DNA from: a virus
Lineage: Duplodnaviria > Caudoviricetes
DNA: 60,783 bases
Direction: 5' to 3' (one strand)
Virus record (IMG/VR): IMGVR_UViG_3300042922_000610
Location: 1-60,783 of that record
Position numbers and translations under genes: made by a program. Below the pieces are notes generated by a model. The model ran no database searches. It saw only the letters and a program-made list of their open reading frames with translations, and had not been told where the DNA came from. Below are positions 8,090 through 16,247 of this stretch, one piece after another; the first letter of the stretch is position 1; the number at the start of each line of letters is the position of its first letter.

Positions 8090-8781
8090 CCGAGCACGAC
8101 ATCCCGGCATGGACGCCGCACGGCGAGCTTACCGCCCTGCCTACCTACACCCCGCCTTCCGAATTGCGCGCGCTCGGAGCGGCAAGCGGGAAGCCCGTAC
8201 ATGTCGGAGTGGACTTTGCTGCCGGTCCTGACCGCACGGTACGCTGGCCAGCCAACGACAACTACCCTCGCCTGGTAGCGCTCACAGGCGCGGCCGGCAG
8301 CGGCAAGTCGACAGCGACTCGCTACCTCGTCGAGCATCACGGCTATACGCTTGTGAAGTTTGCGGGGCCGTTGAAAGATATGTGCCGCGCGCTTGGCCTC
8401 GACGATCGCCAGATTGAAGGCGATCTGAAGGAGGTGCCGTGCGACATCCTGGCGGGGCGCACTCCGCGGCACGCCATGCAGACCCTCGGCACGCAATGGG
8501 GAAGGGACTGCATCGCGGAAGACTTCTGGATCCGCTTATGGAAGATGCGCTCCGTCCAGCACAAGCGCGTCGTCGTCGACGACTGCCGATTCCCCAACGA
8601 GGCCGAGGCCGTCCGCAAGCTCGGCGGCATAATCATCAAGCTCGAGGGCAGGGGCGGGATTGCCGGCAACCACGCCAGCGAGGCGGGATGCGGCCAGCAC
8701 GATGCGGTTGTCGTGAACGACGGGTGTGTCACGGAGCTTTACGCGGCTGTTGAGCAGGAAGTCAGGGGGTGGGCGGCGTGA
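8086..8781 (+). CDS. Deoxynucleoside monophosphate kinase
   Basis: GAAGSGKST P-loop, KFAGPLK, TPRHAMQTLGTQWGR, DCRFPNE, HASE. Confidence 0.9.
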   Translation: MTEHDIPAWTPHGELTALPTYTPPSELRALGAASGKPVHVGVDFAAGPDRTVRWPANDNYPRLVALTGAAGSGKSTATRYLVEHHGYTLVKFAGPLKDMCRALGLDDRQIEGDLKEVPCDILAGRTPRHAMQTLGTQWGRDCIAEDFWIRLWKMRSVQHKRVVVDDCRFPNEAEAVRKLGGIIIKLEGRGGIAGNHASEAGCGQHDAVVVNDGCVTELYAAVEQEVRGWAA

Positions 8782-8951
8782 AGGGCAGCCGCGAGCACAA
8801 GCGATATATGGCGCTCTTGCGTAGCGCTCGGGGGAAGCCCAACGGCGTGGTGGGGTCTTGGGCGATGGATGATCTCAGGCTATTCAAGCTGGAGACAGAC
8901 AAGAAGTGGCGAAAGGTAAAGCGCCGTCCTCGCGATGGCTACGCCGCATAA
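8778..8951 (+). CDS. Small basic hypothetical protein
   Basis: GTGA overlap; last gene of rightward arm. Confidence 0.5.
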   Translation: MKGSREHKRYMALLRSARGKPNGVVGSWAMDDLRLFKLETDKKWRKVKRRPRDGYAA

Positions 8952-9083
8952 CCGTCGGAAAAATAAAAAACCCACCAAACCGTCTTAACGCGGCATGCGG
9001 CTCCTAGAGCATTGTGGGTTAATCGCGACCGTTGCCACAGCCTCGCCTTACTGGCGGGGCATTTTTTCATCCTGCTGGCGCAG

Positions 9084-9380
9084 CTATTCCGCTGCTTCAA
9101 GCATCTTCACTTCAATGGGAGGTTTCTTGCGGAGCCCCATAAGCGGGCAGCGAGCGAATTTAAGTCTGCATCCGGTACATTCCGGCTCGCTTGCGGACAT
9201 CGGAACCAGAACCTCTGAGAGCATCCATCGGTATCTTCGTGGTCCCAACTCAATCTCTCGGAGATGATACTGCTCTTTGCCCCCAGTCGTCCTGCTTCTG
9301 CCAATCACGATAGATGCCATCATTCCCGATTTGTGATTGACACACTGCCCCTCATCAAATGCAAAACTCATTTCATGCAA
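9084..9380 (-). CDS. Hypothetical Cys-containing protein
   Basis: GAGG RBS upstream, isolated leftward ORF. Confidence 0.55.
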   Translation of the reverse strand: MHEMSFAFDEGQCVNHKSGMMASIVIGRSRTTGGKEQYHLREIELGPRRYRWMLSEVLVPMSASEPECTGCRLKFARCPLMGLRKKPPIEVKMLEAAE

Positions 9381-9518
9381 CCCTCACGTATTTACTGGTT
9401 ACGTCCCTCGCTTTGAATGTTCGTTGCGCTTCGTCACGCGCGCAACCTAAAGATTTTAGGGTTTTGTCATAAATGCGTACCGTTCACTCCCATGTGATTC
9501 GGCGATCGGCGCCGAGCC

Positions 9519-9707
9519 GGGAGTTAGTAACACGCCGTGTAGACATGCCGGTGGCTTTTAGCGCTCCGGCGAGCCGGAGATGCCTGGACATAACGCACCG
9601 CTCCCGGCCCTAAAAGCCAAGGCGAATGCGCCAGCCGCTAAGCTGCGCAAGGGTTCGGCATGCACGGTAGGCGTGCGCGCCTATACACGGTCAGGGTTAC
9701 TAAGCCC
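9519..9707. ncRNA. Candidate large structured non-coding element (strand unknown)
   Basis: Nested complementary pairs TTAGTAAC/GTTACTAA, CCGTGTA/TACACGG, CATGCCG/CGGCATG, TGGCTTTTAG/CTAAAAGCCA plus three internal hairpins. Confidence 0.55.
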
Positions 9708-9993
9708 GCAACAATTAATACGCCTTTCGGGCTACGACGCAACTAGGCCGACTGGCTTATTGTGGCCAATCTTGGGCGTGTTGCGAAATGGTTGTCAGAG
9801 TGTTGCGGAAGGCGGGATCTGCGGAGCCAGATCGGCACATCGTATGACTATTGGCGGCGAGAGGCGGCAGAACGCAGTGAGAACATGCGTCTTTATGCGC
9901 TGTACAGCTTTTGTACGTAAACGAGCGTTTTTCGGTACATCTTCGCGCTTTGTTCCGTACACCGACGAAGGCTTGCGCGTGCTGCGCTTCAGC

Positions 9994-10006
9994 CAAGTTA
10001 TTGATT
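9994..10006 (-). promoter_or_regulatory. IHF-like site in attP arm
   Basis: Reverse strand AATCAATAACTTG matches WATCAANNNNTTR. Confidence 0.55.
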
Positions 10007-10020
10007 TTCTTGAAGGTTAA

Positions 10021-10068
10021 TGGTGCTGCTAGAGAGATTTGAACTCTCGGCCTCTCCCTTACCAAGGG
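10021..10068 (-). mobile_element. attP: attP core: 3' half of tRNA-Thr(GGT)
   Basis: Reverse complement CCCTTGGTAAGGGAGAGGCCGAGAGTTCAAATCTCTCTAGCAGCACCA: anticodon loop TTGGTAA, T-arm, CCA end; no 5' half; near integrase. Confidence 0.9.
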
Positions 10069-10162
10069 TTTTGTTTAAAGTCTATTTTGACTTTGCTTGT
10101 AGGGTGTTCAGCGTGGCTTAAATTGTGCTTGTACAAGATTTGTACATATTCGCGAAATGGGC

Positions 10163-10195
10163 AAAAGAAACCCCGCCGAAGCGGGGTTATTGTTT
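10163..10195. terminator. Terminator downstream of int operon (possibly bidirectional)
   Basis: AACCCCGC-cgaa-GCGGGGTT flanked by A- and T-rich tracts. Confidence 0.7.
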
Positions 10196-10426
10196 GAGGG
10201 CTGCGTCGATCAAGTGATCCCAGATGTCGAGAGCGCGGAACCCATCAGCATCCGCATTGCTTGCGGCCTCATTCATGGCGTCGGTAGGTTCGCGCATGGC
10301 TCTAATGATGTCGCGCGCAGTTTCCTCATAATTCTTCCACAACGGCATGTCGGCATAAGTGGCGTTCTTGTCACCATACTCTGCGGCGCACAGCACCTTC
10401 GCCACCCGCTCAATCATCTCGCTCAT
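10187..10426 (-). CDS. Hypothetical phage protein
   Basis: MSEMIERVA...AMREPTDAM..IDAAL motif common in alphaproteobacterial phages. Confidence 0.75.
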   Translation of the reverse strand: MSEMIERVAKVLCAAEYGDKNATYADMPLWKNYEETARDIIRAMREPTDAMNEAASNADADGFRALDIWDHLIDAALKQ

Positions 10427-11577
10427 GCTTCCCTCCTCTTCTCCAAGTCCGTCCTGCGCCCAGTCCCTTCCGCCAGCCTACCTGAACACGCCAGCGGATC
10501 TTCCAGCCACGGCAGTGCGCGCCAGGTATCGGGCACTGGCAGCCTGTTGATTGCCTCGATGAGAGGCGCCTGCGGCACGTGGGTGTAGTGGCGGCTCATG
10601 TCGTCGGCTGCGTGGCCGAGTATCTGATCCTTGATGTGCGGGTGGACGCCAGCCACGACGAGGCCAGTAGAGCATGAGTGGCGGCCCGTATACGGCGCGA
10701 TGTCCTTAATGCCCGACCGTCGGCGAGCGCCGTTGATTGCCGACTTCAAGCCTCCGCCGCCTCGCCCCTCCTCGTCGGTCGCAATCTGCTCGTACGGTTC
10801 GCCACGCGGCGTGCGGAAGAGTCGGGGCTCCTTGTCTAGTCCTGGCCGCTTGAGAAGCGATGCGAAGATCGGCACCAAGAACTCATGCATAGGGATGCCG
10901 CGCGGCTCGCCAGTCTTAGTTTTGTAAAGAGAAATCCACCGCCCAGTAACGTTGACCTCTTCTACCTCAAGAGCAAATAGCTCGATCGGTCGCATGCCGC
11001 TATAGAAGAGCGTAGTCATCAGCATTGCCGGCCCTGGCGACATAGCGGCGATGAATCGTGCCGCATGCTCGTATTCAACCGGGAACGTGCCAGCGCGGCG
11101 CTTTGTGATCCGAACGACATTCGTGCCCTTTGGCTTCCTCGGGCGCGACCATTGGCGAACGTCGGCCCAGCCGTTCTTAACGGCGTGGTTCCAGACAGCC
11201 ACAAACGGCGTGTAGCACTGGCGATTGCGAGTCTCCGGCTGCGCCGTCGGGTACAGCTTGCGGGCCGCGTCGTCGAGATCGTTCTGCTGGATGTCCTTTA
11301 GTGGCGTGTTGTAGAAGTGCCCTAGCAGCCCATCGTCCAGCCCGCCAATGAAGCGAGCGTCGCCGCCAGCCTTCAGGTACGATTCGACTGCCTGCGCGAA
11401 TGTGCGCGTGGCCTTCGGCCCGAAGACGTGGTCGCTTACGAGGCCAGCTTCTTTTTTGACCCTGATTGCTTCCGCGACTTCTTTGTCGTGAGTGCGAGTA
11501 GACTCGCGGACAGCTTGTCCATGGACGGTGCCGGAGATCCACCAGACCTTACCGCGCTTGTAGAGTTTGAGGGGCAT
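10423..11577 (-). CDS. int: Tyrosine integrase
   Basis: SGMRPIE (R), KTK, YTGRHS, ILGH, HY catalytic residues. Confidence 0.95.
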   Translation of the reverse strand: MPLKLYKRGKVWWISGTVHGQAVRESTRTHDKEVAEAIRVKKEAGLVSDHVFGPKATRTFAQAVESYLKAGGDARFIGGLDDGLLGHFYNTPLKDIQQNDLDDAARKLYPTAQPETRNRQCYTPFVAVWNHAVKNGWADVRQWSRPRKPKGTNVVRITKRRAGTFPVEYEHAARFIAAMSPGPAMLMTTLFYSGMRPIELFALEVEEVNVTGRWISLYKTKTGEPRGIPMHEFLVPIFASLLKRPGLDKEPRLFRTPRGEPYEQIATDEEGRGGGGLKSAINGARRRSGIKDIAPYTGRHSCSTGLVVAGVHPHIKDQILGHAADDMSRHYTHVPQAPLIEAINRLPVPDTWRALPWLEDPLACSGRLAEGTGRRTDLEKRREA

Positions 11578-11765
11578 CGAAGAACGTCCTTTATGGCTTC
11601 AATGTCTGTTTCGGTGAAGAGAATGTCGCGGCCGCGCACCATGCACAAGCCGTGCTGCTTGGCGATCTTGGCGACGCCTCTATTCGTGAGCCGCAAATGG
11701 TCGGCGGCCTCCGACAGCGTGTAGATGCTGCCCGAGGGCTTGTTATCGTTGGCGGGCTGCTTCAC
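11436..11765 (-). CDS. xis: Excisionase / HTH_17-like, overlapping int start
   Basis: YTLSEAADHLRL..ILFTETDIEAI; GTG start coupled to upstream gene. Confidence 0.75.
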   Translation of the reverse strand: MKQPANDNKPSGSIYTLSEAADHLRLTNRGVAKIAKQHGLCMVRGRDILFTETDIEAIKDVLRCPSNSTSAVRSGGSPAPSMDKLSASLLALTTKKSRKQSGSKKKLAS

Positions 11766-11950
11766 GGCGTCGCCCCCTTCGGATAGCACTTGCCGTGAAG
11801 GTAGGCGTTGTGAGGCTCGTCGACACCGTAGTGCATCTCGCGCAGTTCCTTGTTGGCTGCCTCGCAGGCTTCCTTGGTGTCGAACTCCGCAGAAACTGAG
11901 AAAGAACCAAACATCTTTGATATGAGGGCGAAAACGAGAACGTACTTCAT
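11762..11950 (-). CDS. Small exported hypothetical protein
   Basis: MKYVLVF..EFDTKEACEAA..C. Confidence 0.65.
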   Translation of the reverse strand: MKYVLVFALISKMFGSFSVSAEFDTKEACEAANKELREMHYGVDEPHNAYLHGKCYPKGATP

Positions 11951-12147
11951 GCGGCGGCCTCGTTAGTTGCCGCCTCAAGTTCCTTGCGGTGCCCGTCTGC
12001 TTGCTCGAACGTATCAAAGGCGCCGGAGCAAAGGCGCGTACGCATGCCCTCGCTGGTGACGAACGTTTCAATAAGACGATACGGCCGCAGCACATCTTCC
12101 GGAGCAACTATCTTCATGACTTGTATGAAGGAGGTCTTTGCCATCAC
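11947..12147 (-). CDS. Hypothetical protein
   Basis: Coupled junctions. Confidence 0.6.
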   Translation of the reverse strand: MMAKTSFIQVMKIVAPEDVLRPYRLIETFVTSEGMRTRLCSGAFDTFEQADGHRKELEAATNEAAA

Positions 12148-12344
12148 GCCGCCTCCCTCTCGCGCCCATAGCCCAGCAGCTCGAGCTTATCGGCAATCCG
12201 CCGCAGGTTGTCGGCCACAGCCTGCCGGCGATAGCCCTTGTTGTCATTTGCGGCCGCTACCTGGCGCAGCGAGGCAGGGCAAAGGTTGTCGGCGATCGCA
12301 CGCTCGACGGTGAGGAGGGGGGTGTTATTGTTTGCGTGTCTCAT
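12144..12344 (-). CDS. Hypothetical protein
   Basis: CCACCACAGAAGGAGAC RBS; ANNN and ANDN motifs. Confidence 0.7.
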   Translation of the reverse strand: MRHANNNTPLLTVERAIADNLCPASLRQVAAANDNKGYRRQAVADNLRRIADKLELLGYGREREAA

Positions 12345-12403
12345 GATGTCTCCTTCTGTGGTGGCTGCCGCATTGCGCGGGGCGCAATCGGGCAGGGTGG
12401 TGG

Positions 12404-12565
12404 TTATCTTCTCGCGTCTGCCGCCATCTGCCGGTCTAGCGCGTAAGCCTGGTAGGCCGTTCCGGTCGCCAGCAACGCAGCGCCGATGGCGATAATCACG
12501 TACATGCAGTAGCGCGCGCCGACGGTTAGGTAGGTGTCGTTGGGCCTCGTTCTGGCGTTTGGCAT
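12404..12565 (-). CDS. Small single-TM protein
   Basis: TGATG junction; YVIIAIGAALLA. Confidence 0.55.
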   Translation of the reverse strand: MPNARTRPNDTYLTVGARYCMYVIIAIGAALLATGTAYQAYALDRQMAADARR

Positions 12566-12675
12566 CACAGCACGCGCCTCCGCTCGGTTGGCGCCGTGGC
12601 GCGCAGGTGCTGCAGCATGGCGAACAACGTGGCGATGCCGACGACGGTTATGATGGTGATGACTAGCTCCGCCAT
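12565..12675 (-). CDS. Small single-TM peptide
   Basis: GGAGG RBS; MAELVITIITVVGIATLFAML. Confidence 0.55.
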   Translation of the reverse strand: MAELVITIITVVGIATLFAMLQHLRATAPTERRRVL

Positions 12676-12824
12676 CACTGCCCCTCCTTCGCGGAAAGGG
12701 CGGCGCGGGCGGCTGCGACGAGAGGGAAGACGCCGATGCAGACGCACTTGTCTCCGAGTGAGCAACCAATGGGGCCAATCTCGCGGTCGAACCCACCGTC
12801 GTGCTCGCAGCGGTTCATTTCCAT
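12675..12824 (-). CDS. 49-aa Cys-rich peptide (not in ORF track)
   Basis: GGAGG RBS; MEMNRCEHDGGFDREIGPIGCSLGDKCVCIG... Confidence 0.5.
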   Translation of the reverse strand: MEMNRCEHDGGFDREIGPIGCSLGDKCVCIGVFPLVAAARAALSAKEGQ

Positions 12825-13420
12825 GCCCCTCCGATCAACTCGGCTATTGCGGCTTCGGCTTCCTCCAGCTCCACGCGGCTCCCTTCACCGATAGCGGGTC
12901 GGCGGTTCCACTTCTCGGCCGCTCTGGAACGGGCGGCGCGGGCGAAACGGCGGGCCATGTCTTTGGACATTTCGTTGGCGTCGTCCCACGGCGTCACCTC
13001 AACGGCTTCCCATCCAGCTTTCGCCGCCGCCTCGATCAATTCTTCCTCACGTCGAGAGTCGGGGAAGCGGGCGGCGGCGGCCACATCAACCAACTGGTTC
13101 CACGCGCCGACGAGTATGCGAGCGTGCTGCGGCGAGTTCGGGCTGTTCCCGGTGTGCGCCAGAACCGTGTTCGTTCCTTCGAGATAAACGCCGTGGATTG
13201 CCGTCTCTTCGGCTTCGGTGTTGAAGTATTCGCGGGTGATGCGGAGCGTGTCGCGCATGTCCTCGACGTGCTTCTCGTCGGTCTGGTGGAGCGATGTTCC
13301 CCATTCGACCCGGCCCATAGAGAGGAGGCTGTCGATCACGTCTTCGGGAAGCTCGATCGTCACGCGCTCCGCCGCTGCATTCATCGCGTCTATCGCCGCG
13401 CGGTGTTTCTCACTCTGCAT
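12815..13420 (-). CDS. Hypothetical protein
   Basis: Natural composition; part of leftward PL operon. Confidence 0.7.
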   Translation of the reverse strand: MQSEKHRAAIDAMNAAAERVTIELPEDVIDSLLSMGRVEWGTSLHQTDEKHVEDMRDTLRITREYFNTEAEETAIHGVYLEGTNTVLAHTGNSPNSPQHARILVGAWNQLVDVAAAARFPDSRREEELIEAAAKAGWEAVEVTPWDDANEMSKDMARRFARAARSRAAEKWNRRPAIGEGSRVELEEAEAAIAELIGGAWK

Positions 13421-13622
13421 GGCGACCACCATCGGCCATCAACGCAGCCCAAGCGTTGTGCTCGTCGATCCGAGCGCGGTGCGCGTGGTGGTCAAGACGG
13501 TCGCGCCGGTATGCGCGGGGGCGTCCGTGCTTCTTGGCCTTATGGTCGGCGCGGCGCATCGGCTCGGCGCTGCATGCCGCTACGTGGAAATCGTCAAAAT
13601 CATCCGCAGAAGGTCTGTACAT
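13410..13622 (-). CDS. Hypothetical protein, first gene of leftward operon
   Basis: GAGGAGAC RBS. Confidence 0.65.
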   Translation of the reverse strand: MYRPSADDFDDFHVAACSAEPMRRADHKAKKHGRPRAYRRDRLDHHAHRARIDEHNAWAALMADGGRHAE

Positions 13623-13708
13623 GGTCGTCTCCTCATGGCCGCGCTGGGCCGGTGGTGGTGCGCCTTGGTGAGCCCGTATCGGGCAGCGCTGAGGAGACTT
13701 ATAAGCCT

Positions 13709-13737
13709 ACAATCGATTGTAGTCAACAATCAATTGT
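13709..13737. promoter_or_regulatory. OL-type operators (2 x ACAA-N4-TTGT) over leftward promoter
   Basis: ACAATCGATTGT (13709-13720), ACAATCAATTGT (13726-13737); 16-3 OL geometry. Confidence 0.85.
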
Positions 13738-13745
13738 AGGTGCCG

Positions 13746-14492
13746 CTACCAGTATTTGCCGGCTAGTACAATTGGGTGAACGCTCACAACCTGTTCACGC
13801 GTGAAATCAATCTTCTTGTTGGGATTGTACTGCTGGAGGACCAGTTTATTGGCGGTCCAGCCTACGAATTCCTTCACGAATCCCCTCGGCGGCGCACCTT
13901 CGTCCTCGCGGTCGCGATGAACCTGCACGACGACGTCGTCACCTCGACGAGCGGGCTTGGTGGGATGAACCCAGACGGTCTCACCTGGGCGGAAGCGCGG
14001 CACCATCGATTCGCCGTCGATATAGACAGCGTATGCGTTAGGCACGTTCTCGAGTGATGGCGGGCAGTCGACGTAATCCAAAACCGACCCGTTGAAAATG
14101 TACTCTCCGTCTTCTCCGCCCACGGCTTCTCCTAACACTGGCAGCAGTTTCTTCTTGCGCGGCTCCATATTCGCTTGCTCGCCGATCGTAGCATTTGGCT
14201 CGGTGGGGTAGCGCGCCATTTCCCTGTACCGCGAGATCGTCTCGCTGATGGAGGGCGGCAGCTTCGTATTCCGCTCAGGGTCGCGGCCAGCCTCCTTCAT
14301 CAGTTCCCGCATCTCCGCCTCGTCGATCTTCAGTTCGCGCGCGATCTCGCGCCAGGCCGTGGATGAAGCCACGCGGCCAGCAAACAAATTGTTGATCGCC
14401 TGTTGCGTCAGTCCGACTCGGCGAGCTAGCTCTGCCTGCGCGATTCCAGCCTCCGCCAGCTTCTGTGTAAGCGTGTCCGTTAAGCGGCTCAT
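13746..14492 (-). CDS. c: Phage repressor C (HTH + S24 peptidase), 16-3-like
   Basis: QAELARRVGLTQQAINNL HTH; AVGG cleavage region, GESM, FVKE; closely resembles 16-3 C protein from memory. Confidence 0.95.
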   Translation of the reverse strand: MSRLTDTLTQKLAEAGIAQAELARRVGLTQQAINNLFAGRVASSTAWREIARELKIDEAEMRELMKEAGRDPERNTKLPPSISETISRYREMARYPTEPNATIGEQANMEPRKKKLLPVLGEAVGGEDGEYIFNGSVLDYVDCPPSLENVPNAYAVYIDGESMVPRFRPGETVWVHPTKPARRGDDVVVQVHRDREDEGAPPRGFVKEFVGWTANKLVLQQYNPNKKIDFTREQVVSVHPIVLAGKYW

Positions 14493-14545
14493 TGATAAAT
14501 CTCCTTGCCGAACAAGCGATTAAACCATTGTAGCCAAAAAGGCAA

Positions 14546-14585
14546 ACAATGGTACTTGACCTTTTGGGCTAACAATTGTAGTTGT
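14546..14585. promoter_or_regulatory. OR-type operators (ACAA-N6-TTGT) at divergent promoters
   Basis: ACAATTGTAGTTGT (14572-14585), near-match ACAATGGTACTTGA (14546-14559), TTGACC -35. Confidence 0.8.
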
Positions 14586-14676
14586 TGATTGTAACCAGCG
14601 AACCAGCCAATGGTTCCAACAAAAAAGCCAACAGGGCGAAAGAACTCTAAGAACGGCAAAATGAAGGAGAAGTGAC

Positions 14677-14736
14677 ATGCGGCATAACGAAAACACGAAA
14701 GAGAGAAGAGATGCACAGAAAGGCCAACCACCGTAG
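14677..14736 (+). CDS. 19-aa leader peptide candidate at cro position
   Basis: AAGGAG RBS; MRHNENTKERRDAQKGQPP*. Confidence 0.4.
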   Translation: MRHNENTKERRDAQKGQPP

Positions 14737-14742
14737 TTACCG

Positions 14743-14777
14743 AACGCTGCCCGCCTCGCTCGCGGGTGGCGTTTTTT
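14743..14777 (+). terminator. Intrinsic terminator/attenuator in PR leader
   Basis: AACGCTGCCCGC-loop-GCGGGTGGCGTT then T run. Confidence 0.75.
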
Positions 14778-14981
14778 GCGTGTCGGCCAAACACAACTAC
14801 GGGGCTCTTGAACCTTTCGGCCGGCACCACCCGTAAACAAGAGCCCCATTAGTTCCTACTAGTTCGCGGAGGAGACTGACTGACGCCTGACGGCCGCGAG
14901 CTTTCGATATCGCCACCACAGCGACGCGTTACTGTTACCACCGGTTTCGCAAATTTGTCAAGCTATAATGTGCACCGCACG

Positions 14982-15587
14982 CTATTGGCCCACGGTCGCA
15001 ACACGCTCGGAAAGGACGACTGCATGCACCGCCTGAACATCGTCGACGACGAGCCGCCCGCCGCCGTACTGGCTAATCTCGGCGCGTCCACTTTCAAGCG
15101 CCTCGAGCCGCCCCAGCCACGCAACACCGCCCTTGCCGTGCACAATCACTTCGTTGCCGATTCGCGGCCAGACGGCTGGATCCAGCCACGCTTTCGTGCC
15201 GTAGAGCAGCGCAGGCTCCATGACGTTCGTGCCGATTGTCACGCTGTAGCGCCCCTCGGGGATGCGCTTTCGGCCGGCGTTGACAGGATCGAACTTGAAT
15301 TTGCCCTCCTTGCGGTCGGACACGCGCCCGTATTCGCGCGCCCTGTCCAGCCGTGGCAACTTCGTGTTGCCGGTGCTTTCGCGGGCCTCCTCGCAAAGCT
15401 CCTCGAGCATGTCGATCGATATGTTGAGGAATTTTGCCAGCGGGCCGTACAGGTTGGGGCGCGGAATCGAGCCGTGCTTCCACGTGCTGTAGGTCTGCTG
15501 GCGCACGCCAATTTCGGCGGCAGCTTCTCGGTCGGTCTGGCTGCGCCGACCTTGCTCATTCAGCAACATCTGGGAAAGGCGTGACAC
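14982..15587 (-). CDS. Second repressor-like regulator (XRE HTH + degenerate S24-like domain)
   Basis: EAAAEIGVRQQTYSTWKHG HTH; C-terminal MEPAL..G..AWLDP; GGAG RBS before GTG. Confidence 0.8.
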   Translation of the reverse strand: MSRLSQMLLNEQGRRSQTDREAAAEIGVRQQTYSTWKHGSIPRPNLYGPLAKFLNISIDMLEELCEEARESTGNTKLPRLDRAREYGRVSDRKEGKFKFDPVNAGRKRIPEGRYSVTIGTNVMEPALLYGTKAWLDPAVWPRIGNEVIVHGKGGVAWLGRLEALESGRAEISQYGGGRLVVDDVQAVHAVVLSERVATVGQ

Positions 15588-15717
15588 GGCTATTGCTCCA
15601 ACCGGTATGTTAACACTACAACCAGCAACTATTACAAATTTGTCAAACCGCGTCAACCATCGCGGCTGACAGGGCGGGGAAGCCCGCATCTACACCACCA
15701 CGACAAGAGGAGACAAT

Positions 15718-15972
15718 ATGGACGATACGGAACAAATGCGCGCCCTGCAGACAGAGGGCGTATCCCTCAGACAAATCGGCATGAGATTCGGGCTTACTGG
15801 CACGGCGGTCTTTTATCGCCTCGGCGGCGTTCGCAAGCTGCGCAGCGGCCCGCCTCCTGCAGCCAACGACAACAAGATCGTCAAGATGGTCGCGCACAAC
15901 GGCGGCTGCTCGACGACGAGCGGCATGGTGCCGGTTTCGCTGCCTCGCGTTGGCGTGAAGGTGGCGGCATGA
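15718..15972 (+). CDS. Small HTH protein
   Basis: GVSLRQIGMRFGLTGTAVFYRL; AGAGGAGAC RBS. Confidence 0.75.
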   Translation: MDDTEQMRALQTEGVSLRQIGMRFGLTGTAVFYRLGGVRKLRSGPPPAANDNKIVKMVAHNGGCSTTSGMVPVSLPRVGVKVAA

Positions 15973-16247
15973 GCGATTACTGCGAGGATTGCGACCGCCA
16001 CTATTTCGGCTACGGCGACAGGGTAAGGCTGGTCCAGAACCACATGCTGCTTGGCCAGGTGATCGGCGAGCGCAACTGGCATCAGGAGTATCTGGTACGA
16101 CTTGGAGCGACCGTCTCTGCCATTTGGTTTGAGAGTGTCGAGCTCGAGCCGGATCCTGATTTTGAGGACGACGGCACTGCCGCCGCTGGTGATGGCGGCG
16201 AAAACAACGTCATTCCGTTTCCGAAGAAGGCAGGAGGGCTCCACTAA
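15969..16247 (+). CDS. Hypothetical protein
   Basis: Coupled; NNVIPFP. Confidence 0.7.
   Translation: MSDYCEDCDRHYFGYGDRVRLVQNHMLLGQVIGERNWHQEYLVRLGATVSAIWFESVELEPDPDFEDDGTAAAGDGGENNVIPFPKKAGGLH

Noticed and set aside
9380-10020. Phage tmRNA gene or retron explaining the ANDN motifs or the structured element
   Set aside because: No tag reading frame or tRNA-like ends here, and no reverse transcriptase anywhere in the window.
10021-10068. Functional tRNA-Thr gene
   Set aside because: Only the anticodon loop to CCA is present; the D-arm and 5' acceptor strand are missing, so it is an att core.
12596-13804. 402-aa plus-strand ORF
   Set aside because: Antisense to a coupled leftward operon, Arg/Gly-rich junk composition, and runs across the OL operators.
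14642-14654. LexA box in the PR leader
   Set aside because: GAAC-N5-GAAC spacing, not N7.
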